This document shows, piece by piece, positions 25,960-32,842 of a stretch of 44,209 bases of DNA. Below the pieces are notes generated by a model. That model worked only from the letters and a program-made list of their open reading frames with translations. It had not been told where the DNA came from and made no database searches. Source of the DNA: Polyangia bacterium (GTDB lineage: Bacteria; Myxococcota_A; Polyangia; Fen-1088); contig DASRQT010000279.1 of NCBI GenBank assembly GCA_035696485.1, forward strand, positions 1 through 44,209, in the 5' to 3' direction. Both the position numbers and the translations under genes were made by a program. Numbering within the stretch: the stretch's first letter is position 1; each line of letters starts with the position of its first letter.

Positions 25960-27123
25960 CTAGTTCGGGAACGGTCCCACGGCCGCCGCGGCGCCATCCG
26001 TCGTGACAGCGACCTTCTGGCCGTTGAGGGCCGCGGCCAGCGCGTCAAACTCTCCCTGAGTTATCTCTCCCGCCTTGGTGGCCGTCGGTTTCACGAGGGG
26101 CATCAGGTCCATCGCCACGTAGCCGATGAACTTGTCGAACGTGCCGCTGCCGATGTGGAGCATGCTGCTGGCGCCTTTGTGCGCGCTCACCATGTCGCGG
26201 CAGGTGAAGTTCGGGGTGTTGGAGTTGGCGGCGTCGGCGACCGGAGCCCCGGGGTAGTCGTCGGCCTGCAGGGCCGCGCCCACGAACCTGGCAAAACAGA
26301 CCTCGATCTGCTTGGCGGTCGGGTGACCCGCCGGGATGGGCGAGGCGACCTGATTGAAAAAGAACGTCTTGAGGTCAGCGTCGGTGAGGATGTGGTTGTC
26401 GACGACCCCCTTGACGAACGCCTCCAGCCCAGACGCTCCGCCCAGGCGATCATAGAGAACAGGCACAAACGCGCCGCTGCTCGGCGCGCCCGGCGTCGTG
26501 ACGACCGTCTTCTGGCCGTTGAGAGCCCCGGCCAGCGTGTCGAACTCGACCTGCGTGATCTCGCCGGCCTTGGTCGCCGTTGGCTTCACAAGCGGCATCA
26601 GCGACGTCGCGATGTGGCCGATGAACTTGTCGAAGTTGGCACTGCCGATATTCAGCATGGTGCCGGCGCCCTTGTGGGCGCTGATCATGTCGCGACAGGT
26701 GTGATTCGGGGTATTGGTATTGGCCGCATCATTCACGGGGGCGCCGGGATAAGTGTCCGCCTGTAAAGCCGCGCCAACGAACCTGGCGAAACACACCACA
26801 ATCTGGCTGGCGCTGGGATGGCCGGCGGGAATGGGGGTCGCCACCTGATTGAAGAAGAAGGTCTTGAGGTCGGCGTCGGTCAGAACCTTGGTCTCGACGA
26901 CGGTCTTCACGAAACTCTCGAGCCCCGCTTTGCCCCCGAGACGGTCATAGAGCGAGAGAGTCCCGCCGTCGGTCGTTGCTCCGGTGTCAGCCGTGCCGGT
27001 GTCAACCGCGCCTGCGTCATTCGATTTCGCAGGACTGTCGCTGCACGCGACCAGCCCGCCGGTGCAACAAACCGTCGCGAGCATCACAACCCCAAAGCGA
27101 GCGTGTTTCGTGGTGTCAGTCAT
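25960..27123 (-). CDS. Lipoprotein with two tandem truncated-haemoglobin-like (group 1 trHb / Bac_globin-like) domains
   Basis: The ATG at 27123 gives the signal and lipobox MTDTTKHARFGVVMLATVCCTGGLVACS. There are two copies of LYDRLGG...DADLKTFFFNQV...CRDM.SAHKG...FDKFIG, matching the trHb pattern LY.RLGG ... M..AH.g..I....F. The longer ORF (to 27234) adds an Arg-rich non-signal extension. Confidence 0.7.
   Translation of the reverse strand: MTDTTKHARFGVVMLATVCCTGGLVACSDSPAKSNDAGAVDTGTADTGATTDGGTLSLYDRLGGKAGLESFVKTVVETKVLTDADLKTFFFNQVATPIPAGHPSASQIVVCFARFVGAALQADTYPGAPVNDAANTNTPNHTCRDMISAHKGAGTMLNIGSANFDKFIGHIATSLMPLVKPTATKAGEITQVEFDTLAGALNGQKTVVTTPGAPSSGAFVPVLYDRLGGASGLEAFVKGVVDNHILTDADLKTFFFNQVASPIPAGHPTAKQIEVCFARFVGAALQADDYPGAPVADAANSNTPNFTCRDMVSAHKGASSMLHIGSGTFDKFIGYVAMDLMPLVKPTATKAGEITQGEFDALAAALNGQKVAVTTDGAAAAVGPFPN
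25999..26952 (-). repeat. Intragenic tandem duplication (two ~459-nt units, 25999-26457 and 26494-26952, offset 495 nt)
   Basis: My manual alignment of the two 153-aa units gives about 31 differences (~80% identity). The similarity is also visible at nucleotide level. Confidence 0.85.
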
Positions 27124-27241
27124 TTGTCGGATCTCCCTTGTGGACGGGTGCCTCGAACCTTGCGACCTCCCACGGGCCGCTCGTACAGACTGAGTACGAA
27201 GGAAAGCGACAACCGGATCTCGCCCCGGACGCATTTTCCTG

Positions 27242-27259
27242 CTGACACCACGCTGTCAG
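27242..27259. promoter_or_regulatory. Inverted repeat CTGACA-N6-TGTCAG (operator half-site pair)
   Basis: Read directly. It shares the CTGACA/TGTCAG half-site with the larger palindrome 22 nt downstream. Confidence 0.4.
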
Positions 27260-27280
27260 TTGACCGCGCGGGGGCCGATA

Positions 27281-27306
27281 CCTGCTGACAGGACCCTGTC
27301 AGCAGG
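27281..27306. promoter_or_regulatory. Perfect 12+12 bp palindrome CCTGCTGACAGG-AC-CCTGTCAGCAGG, candidate operator upstream of the VOC-yafY operon
   Basis: The arms at 27281-27292 and 27295-27306 are exact reverse complements. They lie 74 nt upstream of the VOC ATG (27380), in the divergent region shared with the globin-like gene. Confidence 0.5.
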
Positions 27307-27379
27307 CCTGGCGTAGACACGTTGTGCGCGCTGTCGTCGTGGTGACGGCGGATGCGCCGCAACGGAAAAGGAGTCGACC

Positions 27380-27724
27380 ATGGCCAACAAAGTGATGTGG
27401 TACGAAGTGCTCGGAAAAGACGGCGACAAGTTGAAGAAGTTCTACGGCGACCTGTTCGGCTGGCAGTACAAGGACGCCCCCGGCATGAACTACGGCATGA
27501 CGGATCCGGAGGCGACGGGCATCGGCGGCGGCGTCGGCGCCGGGCCCGGCGGCGCCAGCTGGACAACGTTCTACGTGGGCGTCGAAGACGTAGGTCGGGC
27601 GCTGGCCAGGGCCACGGAGCTTGGCGCCAAGGTGCTGATGCCTGTGACGGTGCTTCCCGACGTGACCATCGCCGTGTTCGCGGACCCCGAGGGTCATCCC
27701 GTGGGGTTGTCCAAGCACCCCTAG
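27380..27724 (+). CDS. VOC (glyoxalase/bleomycin-resistance/dioxygenase) family protein
   Basis: SD AAGGAG 6 nt upstream. MWYEVLGKDGDKLKKFYGDLFGW ... IAVFADPEGHPVGL is a typical small VOC protein. Confidence 0.85.
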   Translation: MANKVMWYEVLGKDGDKLKKFYGDLFGWQYKDAPGMNYGMTDPEATGIGGGVGAGPGGASWTTFYVGVEDVGRALARATELGAKVLMPVTVLPDVTIAVFADPEGHPVGLSKHP

Positions 27725-27790
27725 CGGTGGCGCGGTCGTCGGCGTCGCCCCTTGCGGGCGCCGGCGGCCGCCTGCGACACTGGTCACGGC

Positions 27791-28531
27791 ATGCGGCGCG
27801 CGGATCGGCTCTTCCAGATCGTCCAGCTCCTCAAGGTGAAGCGGCTGACCACCGCCGCCGATCTAGCCCAGGAGCTGGAGATCTCCACGCGCACGGTCTA
27901 TCGCGATGTCCAGGACCTGATCGAAAGCGGCGTGCCGATCGAGGGCGAGGCCGGAGTCGGCTACCGGTTGCGAAAGGGGTTCGAGCTGCCGCCGATGACC
28001 TTCACGGTGGAGGAGCTGACGGCGCTCGTGCTGGGCGCGCGGATGGTCGAGGCTTGGGCGGATCCCGATCTGGGCGTCGCCGTCAGGGGCGCGATGAAGA
28101 AGGTGGAGGACGTGCTGCCCGAACCGCTGCAGGAGTTAATGCTCCGGACCGCCCTGTTTGGCCCGCCCGCCCGGATGTCCGGGCGGGCTCCGCCCGAGCT
28201 CCGCCAGCTTCGCCGGGCCCTCGGCGATGAGCGCTGGGTTCGGTTGCGGTACGTCGACGCCGCCAACGCCGCGACCGAGCGCACGGTGGTGCCGCTGGGC
28301 CTCTACTTCTGGGGCAAGCAGTGGTTGCTCGCCGCCTACTGCCTGCTCCGGAACGACTACCGATCGTTCCGCGTCGATCGCGTGAGCGAGCCGTGCGACA
28401 GCGAGCCCGATTCTGCCCGGCTGGGCGCGATATCGCCGCCGGTCACCCTGCAAAATTACATTCGCGCGATGGAGGAACGCTCGCGGTGCGAGAGACATCC
28501 CGACGCCGCGCCGCCCGCCCCCGACAGTTGA
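27791..28531 (+). CDS. YafY-family transcriptional regulator (HTH + WYL domain)
   Basis: MRRADRLFQIVQLLKVKRLTTAADLAQELEISTRTVYRDVQDLIESGVPIEGEAGVGYRL. C-terminal WYL-like segment WLLAAYCLLRNDYRSFRVDRV. The ORF start at 27752 is probably too early. Confidence 0.9.
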   Translation: MRRADRLFQIVQLLKVKRLTTAADLAQELEISTRTVYRDVQDLIESGVPIEGEAGVGYRLRKGFELPPMTFTVEELTALVLGARMVEAWADPDLGVAVRGAMKKVEDVLPEPLQELMLRTALFGPPARMSGRAPPELRQLRRALGDERWVRLRYVDAANAATERTVVPLGLYFWGKQWLLAAYCLLRNDYRSFRVDRVSEPCDSEPDSARLGAISPPVTLQNYIRAMEERSRCERHPDAAPPAPDS

Positions 28532-28550
28532 CGGCGGCGGGCCGCGCCGA

Positions 28551-29180
28551 TCAGCGCTGTTTCTCGCTCTCCTGGCGGCCCTCGCCGTCGAGCTGGATCC
28601 ACTTCTTGTCGCGGTTCTTCCAGACTTCCGACTGAACCGCCGCCTTGGCCGGGGCGGCGGAGACGCCGCCGTACGCCTTGGCCGCGTGCTCGGCGTCGGC
28701 GTTAATGGCGCGCGTCAGCTCGGGCGGGACGCGATCCTTCGCGACGCGGAACGACGTCGCGGAGCTCGGGCTCGCGCGGTGCGAGTCGATGCAGTAGACG
28801 TCCAGCGAGAGCCGCTCGGTCGCCCCGGGGGCGACGGTCATCTGCTCGCGCCGCTCTTGCTTCCCGGCGCCGTGCAGCAGGAAGGGACCGACCGCCCCCA
28901 ATCGCTGCGGGGCCTCGTTGGCGTTGCTCTCGGGGACGAAGTACACCCCCTTGGCCGAGAATTCCTGCGGCTCGTTGGTCGGGTTCCTGACGTCGACGGT
29001 GATCGCGCCGTTGGTGTTTCCCTGGTATTTCACGATCCGGATGAGCAACGGGCTGGCCTTGCCGCCCTTGACGCTGGGCAGCTTGCCGAAGCCGTCGCCA
29101 TCGGCGTCGGTGGCGGCGGCGGGTAGGGACGTGACGACGCTGAAAGCGGTGAGACAGACGGCGAAAGAAATGCGTTTCAT
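28551..29180 (-). CDS. Hypothetical secreted protein
   Basis: The ATG at 29180 is preceded by GGAGG. Signal peptide MKRISFAVCLTAFSVVTSLPAAA. No family recognised. Confidence 0.65.
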   Translation of the reverse strand: MKRISFAVCLTAFSVVTSLPAAATDADGDGFGKLPSVKGGKASPLLIRIVKYQGNTNGAITVDVRNPTNEPQEFSAKGVYFVPESNANEAPQRLGAVGPFLLHGAGKQERREQMTVAPGATERLSLDVYCIDSHRASPSSATSFRVAKDRVPPELTRAINADAEHAAKAYGGVSAAPAKAAVQSEVWKNRDKKWIQLDGEGRQESEKQR

Positions 29181-29263
29181 GGGAACCTCCGACCCCTGCA
29201 GACGCGCGACCCGGTGAAAAGATCTTCCCCGCCCCATGGCGTGCACATACGGCAGCCGAGCCC

Positions 29264-29767
29264 CTATTTTTCTTTGGCCTGATCTCCGGAGCGTTCACTG
29301 CTCGGCAGGTCGCCCAGCAGATCGGCCACCTTCCTGTCTCGGTCACTGGGATGCTCCGCCAGATGCAGGGTCAGAAGGCGGGATAACTCGCGCTTCTGCG
29401 CCGCGCTCATGCCGCCGCCCCTCTTTGCCGCACCAGAATGCCTGGGCGCAGCGTCATCGGGCGCAACAGGGTCAGCGCCATTCTTGGGTGCTCGTTTCCG
29501 AGCTGCCTCGGCGGCCTTCCGTGTCTCGATCTGGATTTCCCGGTCGAACTGTTTCTGGCGCTGGGCCTCGCAGTTCTTTGGCTCGCACTCTCCCGGGCAA
29601 CCACACTTTGCATTCTTGGTGCAGTAGCAGCCGCCGGCCGAATCGGCGGAGCAGCCGCATTTGTTTAGGTCCGCCGCCATGGCGACCCGCGACAACGGCG
29701 GAGCGCTCGCGACACCGAGGACAGCGACGACAAGCGCCGCGAGTCCGACAGTCAATGTGCGTCTCAT
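29264..29767 (-). CDS. Secreted cysteine-rich protein (8 Cys in 31 residues, metallothionein-like CxC pattern) with charged helical tail
   Basis: Signal peptide MRRTLTVGLAALVVAVLGVASA, then KCGCSADSAGGCYCTKNAKCGCPGECEPKNCE, then a Lys/Arg/Glu/Ala-rich region. Confidence 0.65.
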   Translation of the reverse strand: MRRTLTVGLAALVVAVLGVASAPPLSRVAMAADLNKCGCSADSAGGCYCTKNAKCGCPGECEPKNCEAQRQKQFDREIQIETRKAAEAARKRAPKNGADPVAPDDAAPRHSGAAKRGGGMSAAQKRELSRLLTLHLAEHPSDRDRKVADLLGDLPSSERSGDQAKEK

Positions 29768-29771
29768 GATG

Positions 29772-29790
29772 CCAGGGATATTAACCCTGG
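29772..29790 (-). promoter_or_regulatory. Hairpin / palindrome CCAGGG-N7-CCCTGG immediately upstream of the Cys-rich protein start
   Basis: 6-bp arms with an AT-rich 7-nt loop. On the minus strand it ends 4 nt before the ATG at 29767, where an SD would be expected, and none is visible. Confidence 0.3.
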
Positions 29791-29812
29791 ATCAGTCAAC
29801 CACGCATCAGGG

Positions 29813-31438
29813 TCAGGGCGTCGCGGGGGCGCCAGCGCCCGATGGCGTGAACGCGTTGTCGTTGGTGATCAGCAGTCGGTCCAGCTTGGCGCCGTCCTCG
29901 CGGTAGGCGACCTGCAGGACGTGGTCACCGGCGGCGAGGCCCAGCTGGACGAGCTGGTTCGACCGACCGGAGTCGCGCGCCACGCCCCAGTGCCAGGTGG
30001 AGCCGGGCGCGATGTCGTTCCACAAGATGGGGGTCCCGCCGTCCATGATCAGCCAGAACGAGTCGTCGCTGGCGGTCGGCGCGATCACCCGCCCCCACAG
30101 CTTGAACGTCCCCGCCGCGGCCAGCGTGAACGGGAACGTGGCCCGGCCCGTGGCCGGCGCCACGCTCATGCTGTTGTTCCCGGGCGCGACCGTGAGGTAC
30201 TTGCCGCCGACCGCGCTGGCGTCGCTGGCGACCTGCATGGGGGGCGTCAGGCTGGCGCTCTCCGCCTCGCGCCAGATGGACTGAGGGGAAAAACCGAGCG
30301 CCTGCTTGACGGCCGTGTTGTCGACCGCGACCACGCCGCTGCCATCGAGACGCCACTTGTCCATGTACTGGCGGGGTCGAAGCAACTTGATGCTGGATTG
30401 GGTGAGGAACGACTCCAGCGACGAATCGGAAAACGCGCTGGGCGTGCCCGCCAGGAACGCGCCCGACAGGCCATCCCAGTGCACGGGGAGGTAGGCCCTG
30501 GGCTTGATCACCGGTACCACCAGTTGCGCGATCGATCTTCCCCCGGTCCCGATCCACAGATCGACCGACGTCAGCCCGGCATCGCTCATCGCCGCCCGCA
30601 GGTTGTCCAGCGGCGCACCATAGTTGACCCCGTCGAGCACGATGGGAACGCTGAGGTCCGACGGGCTCGCCGAGTTTTGGAAGAACCAGCTGAAGCGACC
30701 GCCAGGTGCGTCGACGGTGAACAGATATCCGCGCCCGCCGCCGCCGTTGGGAAAGTCCTCCGCGACGCCGGCGTGCAGGCCCCCGGTCACCGGGTCGAGG
30801 GTCGGAACCGTCTGCAGCTCGACGGGGTTGTGCTGCTCCGGATTGCTCGAGGAATCCCCACTGTGGTTCCAGCGGACGACCCTCATGGTGACACCGTCGG
30901 AGAGCGTGATCCGTTCGCCGCCAAAGATTGGCGTGCAGCGATCGGCGGGGATGTTCTGCGCCATCGCCTGGTAGCACGTGGTCTTCGACCCGAGGATCGG
31001 CGAGCCGGTGATGCTCGACCATGTCGCGGTATCGAAGGAATGGTCAAAGTGGCTATGGCCGGTGAGCAGAAGGTTGACCGCTGTCGCGCCGCCCAGCGCA
31101 TCGCGGACGCGCGTGACCAGGGGCACGTCAGGTTTGAAGGCATGGCGGGTATGGGCGAGGCCGCCACCGCCACCGAAAAATTCGCCCGACGGGATGCGGG
31201 TGAAATAGCCGTCGGTCAGGATCTTCAGAGGTCCTAGCTGGTAGTACACATTCGTGATCGACATCCAAGTGATGTCGACGAACGCCGGTACCGCGGGTGA
31301 AGCTGCGTCGGGTGAAGCCGTCAACGCCTGGGAGACGGACTCCATCTCCGAGCTGCCGGTTGGCCCCTCATCTCGGCACGTGCCGCTGGCCAGGAATGCG
31401 AAAAGCACGGCCACGGTGCGCACCCATTTAACAGTCAC
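29813..31438 (-). CDS. Secreted MBL-fold metallo-hydrolase fused to a C-terminal carbohydrate-binding-module-like beta-sandwich
   Basis: Signal peptide. MBL motif LLLTGHSHFDH. The C-terminal 150 aa or so (WREAESASL...ASDASAVGGKYLTV...GTFKLWGRVIAPTASDDSFWLIMDG...WHWGV...GDHVLQVAYREDGAKLDRLLITND) match the common CBM/malectin-like pattern. GTG start. Confidence 0.8.
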   Translation of the reverse strand: MTVKWVRTVAVLFAFLASGTCRDEGPTGSSEMESVSQALTASPDAASPAVPAFVDITWMSITNVYYQLGPLKILTDGYFTRIPSGEFFGGGGGLAHTRHAFKPDVPLVTRVRDALGGATAVNLLLTGHSHFDHSFDTATWSSITGSPILGSKTTCYQAMAQNIPADRCTPIFGGERITLSDGVTMRVVRWNHSGDSSSNPEQHNPVELQTVPTLDPVTGGLHAGVAEDFPNGGGGRGYLFTVDAPGGRFSWFFQNSASPSDLSVPIVLDGVNYGAPLDNLRAAMSDAGLTSVDLWIGTGGRSIAQLVVPVIKPRAYLPVHWDGLSGAFLAGTPSAFSDSSLESFLTQSSIKLLRPRQYMDKWRLDGSGVVAVDNTAVKQALGFSPQSIWREAESASLTPPMQVASDASAVGGKYLTVAPGNNSMSVAPATGRATFPFTLAAAGTFKLWGRVIAPTASDDSFWLIMDGGTPILWNDIAPGSTWHWGVARDSGRSNQLVQLGLAAGDHVLQVAYREDGAKLDRLLITNDNAFTPSGAGAPATP

Positions 31439-31499
31439 CTCCCCATCTATCAGTAGTTCCAGCCAATTGGGAAATACAAAAGTGTTTACAATGTATCGA

Positions 31500-31524
31500 G
31501 ATCCAATTTCGAGGCCCCTGCGTA
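31500..31524 (+). promoter_or_regulatory. Candidate ECF (RpoE/ChrR-type) autoregulated promoter GATCC-N16-CGTA
   Basis: aGATCC (31500-31504), a 16-nt spacer, then CGTAcaagg (31521-). It lies about 45 nt upstream of the ATG at 31572 in an AT-richer divergent region. It resembles the TGATCC ... CGTA type motif I recall for ChrR-linked sigma factors. Confidence 0.4.
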
Positions 31525-31571
31525 CAAGGACCAGGAGCGGCAGGGTGGAGGCTGATTTCCTGGCAACACGG

Positions 31572-32162
31572 ATGCAATCAGCGCGGGCCTGGCATGCTAG
31601 GGTTTCGCCCTCGTTGACTGAAGGACCCCTCGACGGAGAAGCGCTGCTGCAGGCGATCGCGCAAGGGCGAGATCGGCGGGCCTTCGCCGAGCTGTTCCAG
31701 TATTACGCGCCGCGCATAAAGGCCTACCTGCGGGGCCGGCGCGTCGATACCGCGGTCGTCGACGAGGTGACCCAGGACGTCATGCTGGCGGTCTGGCGGC
31801 GCGCCGACCAGTTCGATCGAACCCGCGGAGCCGCCAGCACCTGGATCTTCACTGTGGCGCGAAATTGTTTGATCGACATGATTCGCCGAGAGAAACGCCC
31901 GCAGGTCGAGCACTCCGACCCGACCGCGGCGCCGGAGGTGATTATGCCCGAGGACCAGATGGTGGCGCGCGCGGAGCAGCGACAATTGCAGGCGGCGCTG
32001 GCGCAGTTGCCCATCGAGCAGCGCGAGGTGCTGAGGCGCTCGTATTTTTCCGGACAGACCCTGCAGGAGATCGCGGACAGCGATCAGCTTTCGGTAGGTA
32101 CCGTGAAGACGCGCGTCCGCATCGCCTTGACCAAGCTGCGTGGCATGATCGGAAGGCCCTAA
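31572..32162 (+). CDS. rpoE: ECF sigma factor, RpoE (ChrR-partnered) type
   Basis: Region 2 (RAFAELFQYYAPRIKAYL, DEVTQDVMLAVWRRADQFD, STWIFTVARNCLIDMIRREKR) and region 4 (REVLRRSYFSGQTLQEIADSDQLSVGTVKTRV). The start was chosen downstream of the candidate promoter. The ORF extends to 31254 but overlaps the divergent gene there. Confidence 0.85.
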   Translation: MQSARAWHARVSPSLTEGPLDGEALLQAIAQGRDRRAFAELFQYYAPRIKAYLRGRRVDTAVVDEVTQDVMLAVWRRADQFDRTRGAASTWIFTVARNCLIDMIRREKRPQVEHSDPTAAPEVIMPEDQMVARAEQRQLQAALAQLPIEQREVLRRSYFSGQTLQEIADSDQLSVGTVKTRVRIALTKLRGMIGRP

Positions 32163-32166
32163 CACC

Positions 32167-32823
32167 ATGAGCACGCCCGCCCACCACCTTCCCGAGGAGC
32201 TGCTGCTGGACTACGCCGCCGGCAGCGCCAGCCAGCCCGCGTCGCTGATCGCGGCGTGTCACATCACCTTGTGCGGTCCATGTACGGCGCGGCTGTCAGA
32301 CATGGAGGCGGTCGGTGGCGCCATGCTGGCGTCCGCCGCCGGTGAGGCGCTGCGCCCGGGTGCGGTGGAAGCCGCGCTGGCCCGGTTGGACGACGCCGCG
32401 CCCGAGACTGCCGCCCCGCCGCCGGCGCAACCGGCGAACTGCCCTCCGTTGCCGCGCCCGTTGCTGCGCTTGATTGAACAGGCTGGTGGGTTGCGCTGGG
32501 CCTTCCTGACGCCCGGGGTGCGCGCGCTCGCGCTCACGACCGGCCCCGCGTCGACCATCACGCGTTTGGTGCGGCTGAAGCCGGGCCTCGAGATCCCGCT
32601 GCACGGCCACGGCGACGTCGAGTACACGTTAATTTTCTCTGGCGCGCTGGAGGACGCTGGCGGCCGGTTCGCGCGTGGCGACCTGTGCGTCCGCACGGCC
32701 GCCGATCAGCACGTCCAGCGGGTGGCGGTTGGCGAGCCCTGCATCGCGCTGACGGTGAACGAAGGTCCGTTCCTGCCCCTGACCGTGAAGGGCCGCCTGA
32801 TGAAGCTGCTGTCCGGCGACTAG
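32167..32823 (+). CDS. chrR: ChrR-family anti-sigma factor (ZAS N-terminal domain + C-terminal cupin)
   Basis: HHLPEELLLDYAAGS...ACHITLCGPC (H-x3-C-x2-C) and a cupin block LKPGLEIPLHGHGDVEYTLIFSG. It begins 4 nt after the sigma gene. Confidence 0.85.
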   Translation: MSTPAHHLPEELLLDYAAGSASQPASLIAACHITLCGPCTARLSDMEAVGGAMLASAAGEALRPGAVEAALARLDDAAPETAAPPPAQPANCPPLPRPLLRLIEQAGGLRWAFLTPGVRALALTTGPASTITRLVRLKPGLEIPLHGHGDVEYTLIFSGALEDAGGRFARGDLCVRTAADQHVQRVAVGEPCIALTVNEGPFLPLTVKGRLMKLLSGD

Positions 32824-32842
32824 CCCGCCCCGGCCCTGGCAG

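Noticed and set aside
27124-27234. 37-codon N-terminal extension of the globin-like ORF (MRPGRDPVVAFLRTQSVRAARGRSQG...)
   Set aside because: The Arg-rich extension would bury the lipoprotein signal peptide. The ATG at 27123 gives a canonical n-h-c region and lipobox.
29921-31237. 438-aa plus-strand ORF and 365-aa alternative-frame minus ORF (29925..31022) overlapping the MBL/CBM gene
   Set aside because: Only the 29813..31438 frame gives a signal peptide, an HxHxDH motif and a CBM-like domain. The others are Arg/Gly/Pro-rich frame artefacts.
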